Shown in pieces: positions 10,270-20,493 of a DNA stretch of 64,000 nucleotides (within the stretch, counting starts at the first letter, position 1; the number at the start of each line of letters is the position of its first letter). The notes below the pieces were generated by a model, which worked only from the letters and a program-made list of their open reading frames with translations, searched no databases and was not told the DNA's origin. Source of the stretch: an uncultured virus (IMG/VR IMGVR_UViG_3300005405_000008) (Duplodnaviria > Heunggongvirae > Uroviricota > Caudoviricetes); IMG/VR virus record IMGVR_UViG_3300005405_000008, positions 1 to 64,000 of that record; one strand, 5' to 3'. The position numbers and the translations under genes are program-made.

Positions 10270-12146
10270 CCTCTATATTTTCCACCAAGAGCCTCAATAA
10301 TGGGGGCAGTCTGCATAGAGCTAAGTGACCCCCAAATATCCGATAAATTTTGAAGCACGTCCATGGGATTTCTAAGCTCTTCAATTCCATTTCGCATTTC
10401 ATGAACTTTAATTCCAACACTGTTTAACGCCGCTGCCGATTTTGAAAGTGCTTCATCATCTATTATTTCTCCGTCTTCAGTTTCTCCTTTTATTTGCCTA
10501 ATGTTCATCAGAATTCCACGAAATGCCCGTCCAGCTTCATTTCCAGACCGTTGTGTAACTGCTGTCATAACCCCAATGGCAGCAGAAAGCTCATTAACCC
10601 CAACTGAAGCATTTGAGGCTATAGATCCCGCAACTGTGATTCCTTCGCTTATTTTAGAAATTGATGTTGCATATTTGTTGTCAATAATATTTGCACCATC
10701 AAGAACTTTCATCAATTCTTCTTGACTACCTTTGTATTTATAAGCAGCATCAGTAGCAAGCAAAAATCCATTAGCTTGTTCTGCGGTAAGTTCACCAACG
10801 TTTTGAGACAACAGAGAAACTTTTGCTAAATCTTCTGCTTTTCCTTCATATCCTGCACGACTAAATTCACCAATTGATTTTAAATAATCTTGTGCAGTTC
10901 TTCCAAAAGCATTAGCAGCTTCAAAAGCACTATTTTTTAAATTATCCATAGCTTCAGCACTAAGATTAGTTACTTTTGCAATATTTACCATTAAACTATC
11001 TAATTCTTTTAATGTAACCAGTCCGGCCTGTAGTGACCTAAGAGGCGCGTATAGGGCTGTCGCTACTGCCGCCCAAGCGATCATCTTAACAAAATTTTTA
11101 CTGAGTGTCGTTAAAAAACTATCGGCAGCTCCATTTATTCTTGTAATTTCATTTGTTGCGGCTCTAACTGATGTAGTTAATTGGGCAAATTGTAAATTTA
11201 ATTCTTTTGCTGACTTTCCTCCAACAGTCCCAAATTTCGCAACTGCCGATATCAAATTATTCATTTCTGCTTGAATTTCAGGTCTCGCAAAGACAGTTTC
11301 TTTCCCGACTTGTAAGCTTGCTAATCTATTTGCCATATTTGCTTGGTACAATGAAATATCATTAGTACTTAAACTTCTAGTATTTGTTGTTGCAGTTATA
11401 CGTTGTAAATCTTTATATCTAGCAATTTCAATTTCTAAATTACTTATATTTTGAATTATTCCTCGTCTTTGCTCATTAGATAGATTTATACTGCCATTTC
11501 TTACTTGATTTATGGTCGATAATATTTTATCATATTGTGTATTTAAATTTGATAAATTAATACTATCAGTTATCCCAGTAGCAGGTGAAGTAAATCCTGC
11601 CTTTAATTTAGTAATTTTATTTTCATACAATTGTAACTTATCAAGATTTTTTTGTATATTTGAATTAGTTTTTGCCATATCATCTGAGTAATTAAAACCA
11701 GTAGTGCCAAAAGTTTTAATTTTAGTTAATTCACCATTGACTTTTTTTTGAGCTTCTGACCATCCCATCGTTTCTTTAATAGTTTGCCCAAGTTCTTGAT
11801 TATAATAAGTCAATGTAGCAGATGTCATTTGGCCTTTACTATTTGTGTTTATATTTACTTTAGCTAATTCATCAACATTTTTTCTAATTTCTCTAATACG
11901 ACTTGAAATTTGATTAAATGCTTGATTTTCTACAGTCGTATTAATAAATTGAGAACTTTTCATGTTTGTTTGGGTTTTGATTTTTTCATTTATTTTTTTA
12001 GTAATTACGTCAATACTTGATGCATCAACATTTAATTTTACTGAAATTACTGATTTTATCTTCGCGTTTAGAGAATTTATTTGTGCATCTATTTCTGATG
12101 GCAATGTTGATATTTTTGCTTTAATTAATATATTTAAATCATCCAA
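10270..12146 (-). CDS. Tail tape measure protein, exon 1 (TP901-type core)
   Basis: ELDSLMVNIAKVT...EFSRAGY...TQRSGNEAGRAFRGILMNI; the TMP-like sequence ends at LGGKYRG, where the intron starts. Confidence 0.9.
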
Positions 12147-12187
12147 AATTAATTCACCTCTCTTTTATATATTAGGGCATAAAAATA

Positions 12188-12363
12188 CCGTTACTGAAAA
12201 CTTATAAGAAATTATAAAATAAATACATAATTTATAACTTTATGTTTCATTCCTTATTCATCGTGTTCTTTTTCATATTATTTCTAATACTACTAAAGTT
12301 TTTTAACACTCTAAAGGCTTAAATTCCCCACTAACGCATGGGTACATAATATCTATAATTGCA
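12188..12363 (-). ncRNA. Putative omega-RNA / right end of an IS607-like TnpB element
   Basis: Non-coding tract after the tnpB stop (...GUACCCAUGCGUUAGUGGGGAAUUUAAGCC...) ending in AAGUUUUCAGUAACGG. A GG terminus is characteristic of IS607-family ends. Confidence 0.55.
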
Positions 12364-13554
12364 TTAACTAACTTTAAATATCTTATAATTTTCAGTATCT
12401 CTTAGATTTAATGACGCATTTAAATCTCTATCTAAAACACTACCACAACCAGTACAAATCCATTCTCTATCATTAAGAGTTAATAACTTATTCACATTGC
12501 CACATTCGTGACATGTCTTAGAACTTGGATACCATCTATCAGCAATTCTAATCTCAATATGATTCCATAATCCCTTGTATTTTAATTGTCTTCCAAATTC
12601 ATAGAGACTTTGTTGCTGAATTGCTTTAGATAAATGTTTGTTTTTCATCATACCTGAAATATTTAAATCTTCAATAGTAATATAACTTGGTTTTCGACAT
12701 ACTATCTCAGAAGTTGTTTGTTGAATATAATTCTTTCTAACACCATTTAATTTATGTTGAACTGATTTTATCTTAAGTTCTAATTTAAGAATATTTTTAG
12801 TTTTAATATATTTTAAACCATCAAGATTAGACTCATATTTTCTAGAAACCTGTCTCTGTAATCGTTTCTTTTGCTTTTCTAATCGTTTCATCTTTTTGGT
12901 CTTATTGATATTACCATAAGTTTTACCATTTGAACATATCGCTAAATCTTTAATTCCTAAATCAATTCCAATTCCTTCATTTAAAGGAGTATCAAGACTA
13001 TCAGGATATTCTATACTAATGCTAATAAACCAATTTAATCCATTATACGATATTCTAGGATTCATATATTTAATACCCTTGCCGAACGGCACTCTATTGT
13101 GCTCAGCTAATTTTACCCAATTCAATTGTTGCTTGTTCTTCTTTTTGCTTTTAGTAAAACCTTCAAATTTAACATGAGTAGAAGTAAATTGAATATTCCC
13201 GTTATCCTGATAAAATTTAGGAGATGATTTCTTTTTAGTTTTAAATTGAGGAAATTTAGCTTGCCCTTTAAAAAATCGCTGATAAGCAATACAAGCGTCT
13301 TTAATTGCCTGTTTTGGAACATTGTTAGAAACACTATTCAACCAACTAAACTCATCTGTTTTCTTCAATTGAGTCAATTCTTTTCTTAAATCATTATCTG
13401 AAATAAATTTACCACATGAAGCATAGTTTTCTTTTTCTCTACCTAATGCCCAATTAAATGCCCATCTTGCAGTTCCAGCATTTTGAAACATTAATGTGTT
13501 TTGTTTATTATTCGGTACAAGCATTATCTTGATTCCTTTGATCAATTTCCTCAT
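12364..13554 (-). CDS. tnpB: RNA-guided endonuclease TnpB (IS607/IS605 OrfB), no tnpA
   Basis: HTH_OrfB N-terminus (AGTARWAFNWAL), RuvC motifs GIDLG / IEDL / DRDLNAS, and Zn finger SSKTCHECG...CTGCG. Confidence 0.93.
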   Translation of the reverse strand: MRKLIKGIKIMLVPNNKQNTLMFQNAGTARWAFNWALGREKENYASCGKFISDNDLRKELTQLKKTDEFSWLNSVSNNVPKQAIKDACIAYQRFFKGQAKFPQFKTKKKSSPKFYQDNGNIQFTSTHVKFEGFTKSKKKNKQQLNWVKLAEHNRVPFGKGIKYMNPRISYNGLNWFISISIEYPDSLDTPLNEGIGIDLGIKDLAICSNGKTYGNINKTKKMKRLEKQKKRLQRQVSRKYESNLDGLKYIKTKNILKLELKIKSVQHKLNGVRKNYIQQTTSEIVCRKPSYITIEDLNISGMMKNKHLSKAIQQQSLYEFGRQLKYKGLWNHIEIRIADRWYPSSKTCHECGNVNKLLTLNDREWICTGCGSVLDRDLNASLNLRDTENYKIFKVS

Positions 13555-13619
13555 CTTCTCTCTAATAAAAAATACCTTACCCTTAAAGAGTAGGGAGTTG
13601 ATTCTAGTTATTTTATTGG

Positions 13620-14102
13620 TTATCGTGTTGTTATTCCTTTTGTTTTTAAATATCCGATTAATTTAATCATATGACCTCTAGTTTGTTCTAATTCTTCCCT
13701 TGATAATTGCATATACTCAAATGATGGAGTATTATAGTAAGGATTGTATTTTTGATTGCCATATTCTAATAAAAATGGTAATTCTTGATTATATGGACTC
13801 CCATCAAAAGATTGATGTATCCCCCACATCCCTTCTTTGCCATCTCTAGGAATAATTTTATCAGCATCTATATAAATCTTTACAGAAATTTCATCTCCAA
13901 CTATTGTTACTTTCCCTATGGTCAATGCTCGTAAAACCTCAAAACTGCGTTCATACATTGATTGTTCATTAGCGTAAACAGTAGATAAGAGATACTTTTG
14001 AACAGTATCTCTTACATGTCTAGCAACATCATCTTGCATTGCTTTTGCTACTTGTATTTTTGTATAATTTAATAACGAACGAATATCTTTAAAATCAGGC
14101 AT
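13620..14102 (-). CDS. Putative tail/neck assembly protein
   Basis: Upstream of the tape-measure gene and overlaps the neighbouring ORF; VY...YERS motif seen in tail-completion-like proteins. Confidence 0.5.
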   Translation of the reverse strand: MPDFKDIRSLLNYTKIQVAKAMQDDVARHVRDTVQKYLLSTVYANEQSMYERSFEVLRALTIGKVTIVGDEISVKIYIDADKIIPRDGKEGMWGIHQSFDGSPYNQELPFLLEYGNQKYNPYYNTPSFEYMQLSREELEQTRGHMIKLIGYLKTKGITTR

Positions 14103-14640
14103 CTTTTTCTCCTAAATTTAACCCCATTGCTTTACCTAAATGTTTAAGCGAATCTGGAGATACTTTATTAAATTGTTTTGGAAGTTCTTTTATTAATTTA
14201 ATTAATCCTTTTTGATCAGGAATTTTATCAACTAATTTATTCAAAACTTGATTAACAATATTTATCATACTATTATCAACCAATTGAATTTGTTCGATTT
14301 CTTTTTGCAAGATATTGTTAATAAATTCAATCTCTGATTTAGGAATTAATTTTAAAATCGTATCTATAATACCATATTCTTTTAACTCATCATACAATTC
14401 TGCTATTTCTTCTGTATCAAAGTTTATATTTGAATATTCATTTAACATAATATATTCGTACGCAAATTCTTTTAAAGTAAAATCAATTCTTTTAATATCT
14501 TCATCAATAATGCATAAATCTAATATTCTTCTAATTAATATTTTTTTAAAATTTATAGAAAGATATTTTTTAATATTTAAATCTTCACATCGTTCAATTT
14601 TATAACCTTTTTCTCTAATTTTATCAATTGTTAATTTCAT
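14095..14640 (-). CDS. Putative tail assembly chaperone
   Basis: Helical protein with a strong GGAGG SD, two genes upstream of the tape-measure gene. Confidence 0.45.
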   Translation of the reverse strand: MKLTIDKIREKGYKIERCEDLNIKKYLSINFKKILIRRILDLCIIDEDIKRIDFTLKEFAYEYIMLNEYSNINFDTEEIAELYDELKEYGIIDTILKLIPKSEIEFINNILQKEIEQIQLVDNSMINIVNQVLNKLVDKIPDQKGLIKLIKELPKQFNKVSPDSLKHLGKAMGLNLGEKDA

Positions 14641-14680
14641 AATTTATTCCTCCTTTTATATTCCTTATTTTTACCAATTA

Positions 14681-14711
14681 AAAACATCCTGCGTAATACG
14701 TAGGATGTTTT
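14681..14711 (-). terminator. Intrinsic terminator-like hairpin
   Basis: AAAACATCCTGCGTAATACGTAGGATGTTTT inverted repeat directly after the 14725 ORF. Confidence 0.7.
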
Positions 14712-14724
14712 CCACATAAATATA

Positions 14725-15147
14725 CTATTTAAGATTTTCTATTTCTGAAGTACCTTTCGCAAAATCCATGTTCGCTATTTCATCTAGTTTGTTTTTTGAG
14801 ATATTATAATAGTTAGCAATATTTTGATAATATAACCCCAATTTATTAACATAATCATTGTCTGTTTTATCATATTTATTAATATCACTAGATATTAACA
14901 TTACGGTAATATAAATACCCTGATTGTCTCCATACTCTATATTATCTCTCCAATTTTTTGCTAAATTAAGTATTCTTGCTTTATCAGAAATCTCTCCAAT
15001 TTTTAAGTCCGAGGCTTTTTGATATTCACCTATGTCATAGTAATACCTTGCCAAACTAACTTTCTTATTATGATTATAAACAAAAAATCCACTAATTGAA
15101 GTTATTATTATCATAATAAAAACTATAATGATCTTACTGTTTTTCAT
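14725..15147 (-). CDS. Membrane-anchored hypothetical protein
   Basis: N-terminal hydrophobic helix IIIVFIMIIITSISGFFVY. Confidence 0.65.
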   Translation of the reverse strand: MKNSKIIIVFIMIIITSISGFFVYNHNKKVSLARYYYDIGEYQKASDLKIGEISDKARILNLAKNWRDNIEYGDNQGIYITVMLISSDINKYDKTDNDYVNKLGLYYQNIANYYNISKNKLDEIANMDFAKGTSEIENLK

Positions 15148-15350
15148 TTACTCACCTCAATCTTTTCTGCTAGTGAGATGAGTAAACCACCAGATAATAA
15201 GGCAAAACCAAATGACATAACTCCTATACAATGATAATAACTTTCTACAATTGAATCACCTGATATGGAATTTATTAATAATAACTTAAATCCTGCTAGT
15301 AAAAATAAAATAGTTGAACATACACCTAAACTTTGAATAAAAAGTTTCAT
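15144..15350 (-). CDS. Small two-helix membrane protein
   Basis: AGGAGG SD, then ATG at 15350 (MKLFIQSLG...); two hydrophobic segments; ATGA overlap with the next gene. Confidence 0.65.
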   Translation of the reverse strand: MKLFIQSLGVCSTILFLLAGFKLLLINSISGDSIVESYYHCIGVMSFGFALLSGGLLISLAEKIEVSK

Positions 15351-15386
15351 ATTTTGTATACCTCCTACTTTTTTATAGTTATTTAC

Positions 15387-15416
15387 ATTATATTCTAAAA
15401 TGTAAGAGGTATGCAA
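15387..15416 (-). promoter_or_regulatory. sigma-A-type promoter for the membrane-protein pair
   Basis: TTGCAT-N18-TATAAT on the minus strand. Confidence 0.5.
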
Positions 15417-15500
15417 CATGTAATTGGAATTTATGTTAATGGTTGATTGTTGAGCATCAATCACGCCATTCATTTGGTTATTTTTATTTAATAATTAAAA

Positions 15501-17112
15501 TTATTGACTTAATTCAATACCATACTCTTTAAATTTATTTATTAAACCTTCTAGCCCTTTTCTCATATCCTTTGGATAAAGTTCTATTAATATTAAATTA
15601 TTATCTGAACATATAGCTTGTTTTTCTAACATTCTTTTTTGATAAGATTCTCTCCTTTCCATACCAAAATATTCTACAATTATACCATCTACTAAAAACC
15701 AATCACATCTCTTATAACCACACCTAGGATCGTCTGAAAAAGACGAATAATATACTTCTTTCTCGTACTCTAAAACATTATCTATAAATAAATTAGTAAT
15801 AATTAATTCTGGCTGCGAAAGACACAAATCATTATTTTTTGATCTATATGTCCTTGGAGAAAATATATTTCCTTCATAATTTGGTTCTAAACCTGCCTTT
15901 TGACAAGCATCAACATAACCATCAAAACAACGTCTATATGTATTGGAATGTGCCATATTTTTATTTTCATTTACTTCGTATGAAAGAGGTGTTCTTCCTA
16001 AAATTTGAGCATACTCCTTTAATTCACGTATTAATTTTTCTTCATCATATATAATATATAAATGTTCTTCAATATCTTTCTTTAATCCTAATTTTAACGC
16101 CTCTCCCATGATTGCAGTAGGTGTCCTATTAAATATGTTTGCTAACTCTTTATTTGTTTTAATTGGGTATTCTTTGATAAATATTTCTATATCTTCATCA
16201 GACCATCTTATTCTTGACTCTAATCCTAATTTATATCCTTTTGTAACTATTGATGATTCTGTACGATATGGCAATAATATTGCTAATTGTTTTGTAGATT
16301 TTTCTCCGTAATATTCTTTCAAAATATTAATATCTTCTTCTGACCATTCTGAATTTAGCAATCTTTTTATATTCAAATCTGATGCCTTATGTATAATTCC
16401 ATCTTTATCAAATGGTTTTAATAATTCTAACAATTCCTCCCATTCTGTTGTAGGGGTAATATATTTTAAGATTTTCTATTTGTTCTTCAGACCATATATC
16501 ATTTCTATTTAATTCAATGTTGTATTTTTTAAGAACATAATATATTGAAGCTCCATCACTATATCCATATTTCTTAGCTATTTCTTGACAATTTGTTCCA
16601 TTTAAATAATCTTGGATAATTAATTGATATTCTTCACTACTTCTTTTTTTTATGTATAATCCTAAATTGTTTGCCTTTTTCATTATTATTTCTTTATTAC
16701 GTTTAATCATTAATCTATCATTAATCTCTTCGATGGAACTATTAGTATAATAATCAATCAAAACTTGTTCATCACATTTATACCACCCACTGTCACCTAA
16801 TACATCAATTTCTTTTAAAAAACTATTCCAACTTCCCCATTTACGTTCATAATTAACTCCTGATGGATAACCAATTGCTGGTTTTAATTCTTTTTTTAAA
16901 GGATATCTTTCATTTTCATTAAAGAAACGCCAAAATTCAGATATTAAAAATTCTTTGGAAAAAATTGTTATCCTTACTAAATGCTCATGATTTCTCTTAT
17001 CTTTTATTTGTATCGTTGTTTTTCCTAGTTTTCCCGCCAATTCTTCATCTGTCATGACCATGTAATTATCTTTTAAAAAATTCGTTTCTTCTTTTGACCA
17101 TTTAATTCTCAT
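15501..17112 (-). pseudogene. Homing-endonuclease-like gene (Myb-like and HE-associated repeats, C-terminal PD-(D/E)xK-like domain) split by a +1 frameshift
   Basis: ORFs 16408-17133 and 15501-16433 join (YYP-TTEWEELLELLK) if one C is removed from TACCCCT at 16453-16456. Nuclease-like motif RCDWFL...IVEYFG. Confidence 0.75.
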
Positions 17113-17252
17113 ATAATTCCAGCACTCCTTCAAATTTTATATTCTTACTCATTACTAAACCCACACTCCAAACAATTCCATATAAAAAGGCAACAAAAAA
17201 AAGAAGGGAGGAGTGTATTCCCTTCTACTGCATTGCAATTGCAGATTGTTGC
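17113..17252 (-). promoter_or_regulatory. Three-way-junction antisense leader
   Basis: P1 GCAACAA/UUGUUGC; P2 CUGCA-AUUGCAA-UGCAG; P3 AGAAGGGA-AUACACUCC-UCCCUUCU. The P3 loop is complementary to GGAGUGU (17163-17169) and to the SD GGAGUG (17123-17128). Confidence 0.7.
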
Positions 17253-17319
17253 TTATTTAATAGCAAACCAGAGCGTCCAAAGGTCTGCTAAAACTATCAA
17301 TATTAAATTTGGGCATAAT

Positions 17320-17347
17320 AAAAGAACCTAGAAATCTAGGTTCTTTT
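17320..17347. terminator. Bidirectional intrinsic terminator
   Basis: AAAAGAACCTAGAAATCTAGGTTCTTTT. Confidence 0.75.
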
Positions 17348-17379
17348 AAAAACAAACTATTAAATTATTAACCTCTAAT

Positions 17380-17676
17380 CTAATCATTAGCTCCTAAAAT
17401 AGCTGGTAACAAATCACCATTCTCTTCAATTCTCAACATCTGAATATCTTTTACAGATGGAGCGAACCATGGATATTTCCTTGCCAAACCTTGAACAACT
17501 AAAACAGTTTTTACGGCATCAATTGATTCATTACCAAAATAAACACTACCTTGCTGTCGGTCAAAACCTTTACTTGACAAATAAAGCTTAATCTCGTTGT
17601 ATGCGTTGTTATAATGTTGTTTATCATAGTTTTCACTTAAAATTTGTGTATCTAAATCAAAAGCAATAGCATACAT
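17380..17676 (-). CDS. vapD: VapD-family (Cas2-like) endoribonuclease
   Basis: MYAIAFDLDT...GFDRQQGSVYFG...WFAPSVKDIQMLRIEENGDL; GGGAGG SD before the ATG at 17676. Confidence 0.9.
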   Translation of the reverse strand: MYAIAFDLDTQILSENYDKQHYNNAYNEIKLYLSSKGFDRQQGSVYFGNESIDAVKTVLVVQGLARKYPWFAPSVKDIQMLRIEENGDLLPAILGAND

Positions 17677-17761
17677 TGATTTTCCTCCCTTAATCTTTTT
17701 AAACATCATATCACCTTCCTTTCCATATATCAACAGTATTTCCAATTTAAAATCAAAATAC

Positions 17762-17890
17762 TCACGACATTAAATTTGATATTAATATTTGTTCTTTAAC
17801 ACTGTTAAAGAATATCTGATTAAATCTTAACATCTCATCCAACTCAATCATCATTTTAATTTCAGATAAAAAATTTTCTTTATCGTCCAT
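17762..17890 (-). CDS. 42-aa hypothetical peptide upstream of vapD
   Basis: AAGGAGG SD; MDDKENFLSEIKMMIELDEMLRFNQIFFNSVKEQILISNLMS. Confidence 0.5.
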   Translation of the reverse strand: MDDKENFLSEIKMMIELDEMLRFNQIFFNSVKEQILISNLMS

Positions 17891-18032
17891 ATAAATTTCC
17901 TCCTTTTATAGATTACTTTATGAATCTGTGATATACTTAATTTGCATGAATTCTTAATTGGCTTGCTGTAATTGCAAGTCTTTCTTTTTGAGTTTTTCTA
18001 ACCGTTTAAATATATAATCTTGGCCTCTAGAT

Positions 18033-19726
18033 CTGAAACTCCCACGCCTAAAGGCATGGGGTTCTTATGTACTAAATAATTTTCTTTAATACTCTCATTT
18101 ACAGGCATTACATTTCATCTGTATTTTACAACATATAAACACTAATCATTTTCCATAAGAATTTCACTATCAATCAACCCATTGGTCAAATTAACGATAG
18201 CATACGGCTCGTTTCTAAACCGTTATTTAATTGTTAGATTACATTTCTTAATGCTTTACTTAAATCCAAACTTCTTAATCTTTCAACCTCAATATCGTGC
18301 AACACTTTAAACTCATTAAACTTCTCAAAACACGAATCTCTATTAATTGTTTCCATATCATTATTCACACTCATTATCAGAAATGCTGAATATAAATCCC
18401 TTTGAATCTTAAATTCACTAAAATCATTCCATCTTTCTGACAAGTCCTTTTTGACATAAACATCATCAATATGATTATATTGACTTGCTTTAATTTTTAC
18501 TGTATCAATTTTATACAATTGGGTGTCATTCCATTTAAGTTTATTGTCCAAGATTGTTAAGAACATTGAAGGTGCTTTATTCGCTAATGATTTACCAAAT
18601 CTCTTCTTCTTATTAAACTTTCCATTTTTCTTATTAGTAGTTTTTTTACTTCTTTTCTGCAATCCAGAATAACTCATATTTTCAACATAGAATTTATCGC
18701 CTAAATTAATGATCTCATTTGCTAAAATATTGTGAGACTGCTTTCTAAGTGCAGATTGTTTCCTAAATAATTCTTTTCTAGCGTTCTTAATTTTAATGTA
18801 ATGGTTACTATAAACCCATTTATCTTTATTGCCTTTAATTATAGTACCATTATCATTGAATTTATTAAGATTTGTTGCTCTTCTCGATCTGTCCATTTTA
18901 CGCTGGAGTAATTTAACTTCTCTATCAATTTTATTGATGTTTGGTGCTAGTTCTAGAAGTTTGACTTGATATTGACTACTATAAGCAATTGTTTGCGTTC
19001 CAATATCAATTCCTACATTACCCTTGCCTATACTCCCTTTAATTTCACCTTGTTTAGTTATCTTCATTGGAGGAATACCATCTAAAATCAACTGAATATA
19101 ATAATGATTTTTCCCTTTTATCATTTTACGTACAATACGACAATACTTTATTTTATTTTCTAAAGACATTTTAGCATAAGTATCATTCTTTTTAATTACT
19201 ACAGATATTTTTAATCCATTCCACAATAGCACATTGTCTATAAATCTTATTCCAGTACCATTTGATTTTCCTTCTAAAGAATCTAAATCATTATAAGATT
19301 TATAACCAACTTTTTTAGCTGTATGAAACATTAAGCCTTGAAATGCCGAGAAACATCTTGTAGCTACTTTTTGCGAAGTAAATGCATCAATGTTTTTCTT
19401 GTATTTATGTTGCATAGGTTTAACAAAATCATGTAGTGAATATTCTGTCAAACCGTATTTGTTGTTTAATGCTTGAAACTGCTTATTCCGTTCTTTACCT
19501 TTTGTCATTTTACAAACTTTTTGGTACTCTTTTGATTGTCTTAATGTATTGTAACGCTTATATAATTCATTTAAACAAGCATTATACATTTTTCTCCCAA
19601 TTTCAAAACGCTTACTTAAAATATCTTCTTGATATGTTTCGGTTTTTAATGGTAGAGTTAAAACAAAGTTTGACATATATTCACCACCTTTCATTTAATT
19701 TGAGGGGAGAATAAACTCCCCATAAT
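18033..19726 (-). mobile_element. IS200/IS605-family (IS1341-like) tnpB-only element
   Basis: Preceded by TTGAT (19727-19731) and a GGGGAG/CTCCCC hairpin. The right end has hairpin CCCATGCCTTTAGGCGTGGG followed by AGTTTCAG (TCAG terminus at 18033). Confidence 0.7.
18234..19676 (-). CDS. tnpB: TnpB, long Firmicutes subtype without a Cys Zn finger
   Basis: RuvC I GIDIG, RuvC II VENMS, RuvC III QRDLYSA; KASQYNH replaces the CxxC finger. Confidence 0.85.
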   Translation of the reverse strand: MSNFVLTLPLKTETYQEDILSKRFEIGRKMYNACLNELYKRYNTLRQSKEYQKVCKMTKGKERNKQFQALNNKYGLTEYSLHDFVKPMQHKYKKNIDAFTSQKVATRCFSAFQGLMFHTAKKVGYKSYNDLDSLEGKSNGTGIRFIDNVLLWNGLKISVVIKKNDTYAKMSLENKIKYCRIVRKMIKGKNHYYIQLILDGIPPMKITKQGEIKGSIGKGNVGIDIGTQTIAYSSQYQVKLLELAPNINKIDREVKLLQRKMDRSRRATNLNKFNDNGTIIKGNKDKWVYSNHYIKIKNARKELFRKQSALRKQSHNILANEIINLGDKFYVENMSYSGLQKRSKKTTNKKNGKFNKKKRFGKSLANKAPSMFLTILDNKLKWNDTQLYKIDTVKIKASQYNHIDDVYVKKDLSERWNDFSEFKIQRDLYSAFLIMSVNNDMETINRDSCFEKFNEFKVLHDIEVERLRSLDLSKALRNVI

Positions 19727-19755
19727 ATCAAGCCAGAATAATCACAATCTACCCA

Positions 19756-20403
19756 TTAATGCAAAATCCTCTTATCACTCACAAATTCTAAATCTTCAAA
19801 CCCACAATCATATTCTTCCTCCCCATAATAATCCTCATAAACCTTATCTATTTCATCCTTATTATCCTCACCATCACCCTTACACTTCTTATACTCATAT
19901 TCACAAGTAAACAAATCATCACCAATCAAACATTTTTCTCTCATGGTTAAAATAGTTTCTCTAAACAAGAAACCTAAATCAAAACTCCCACCATATTCTC
20001 TATGTATCTCATGCATTATCTTAATAATAATCTTCCATTGTTCTCTAAAATTCTCATAAATAATATGACTTATAGAACTAATCCACAACACATCGCAATT
20101 ATAAAATTTATCTCCGTCTTTCTCGACATTCCCAATATCATAAATTGCGTCATAAATTTCATGATATAAATCACTATTAAACATTTTCATTTTGTTGATA
20201 TGAGCAAAAATCTTATCAGCTATTTTGCTTGGATCGGAAGGAGAAAGGATACTACACAAATCTGCCCAAGAAATATGAATATCTCCATTGAGTCTAATCT
20301 CATTACACAAATGACATGTTCTGAATTCTAAATTTTCAAGTAAATCTAATTCCATTTTATCGTCGTAGGATAATTCTTTAGGTTGTTTTCTCATCACAAA
20401 CAC
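19756..20403 (-). CDS. Hypothetical protein with an acidic C-terminus
   Basis: ORF with GAGGAG SD and its own promoter. Confidence 0.65.
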   Translation of the reverse strand: MFVMRKQPKELSYDDKMELDLLENLEFRTCHLCNEIRLNGDIHISWADLCSILSPSDPSKIADKIFAHINKMKMFNSDLYHEIYDAIYDIGNVEKDGDKFYNCDVLWISSISHIIYENFREQWKIIIKIMHEIHREYGGSFDLGFLFRETILTMREKCLIGDDLFTCEYEYKKCKGDGEDNKDEIDKVYEDYYGEEEYDCGFEDLEFVSDKRILH

Positions 20404-20457
20404 TCCTCTATACTAATTTGTTAAGGATGATTGATTTGTTTACCTTAACTTAATAAT

Positions 20458-20486
20458 AGTATACAGGAGTACATGGATATTGTCAA
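20458..20486 (-). promoter_or_regulatory. sigma-A promoter
   Basis: TTGACA-N17-TATACT. Confidence 0.75.
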
Positions 20487-20493
20487 TATCCAA

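Noticed and set aside
5165..12146. Two independent tape-measure genes
   Set aside because: A group I intron core lies between them and the flanking frames join into one TMP.
13620..14640. Programmed tail-chaperone frameshift
   Set aside because: The ORFs overlap by 8 nt with a separate SD (GGAG) for the second, and I found no clear slippery heptamer.
17380..19676. CRISPR-Cas locus (Cas2-like VapD next to Cas12-like TnpB)
   Set aside because: No cas1 and no repeat-spacer array; the TnpB has IS-type ends.
12188..19726. IStron (group I intron fused to a TnpB element)
   Set aside because: No group I core motifs adjoin either tnpB; the only intron core is inside the TMP gene.
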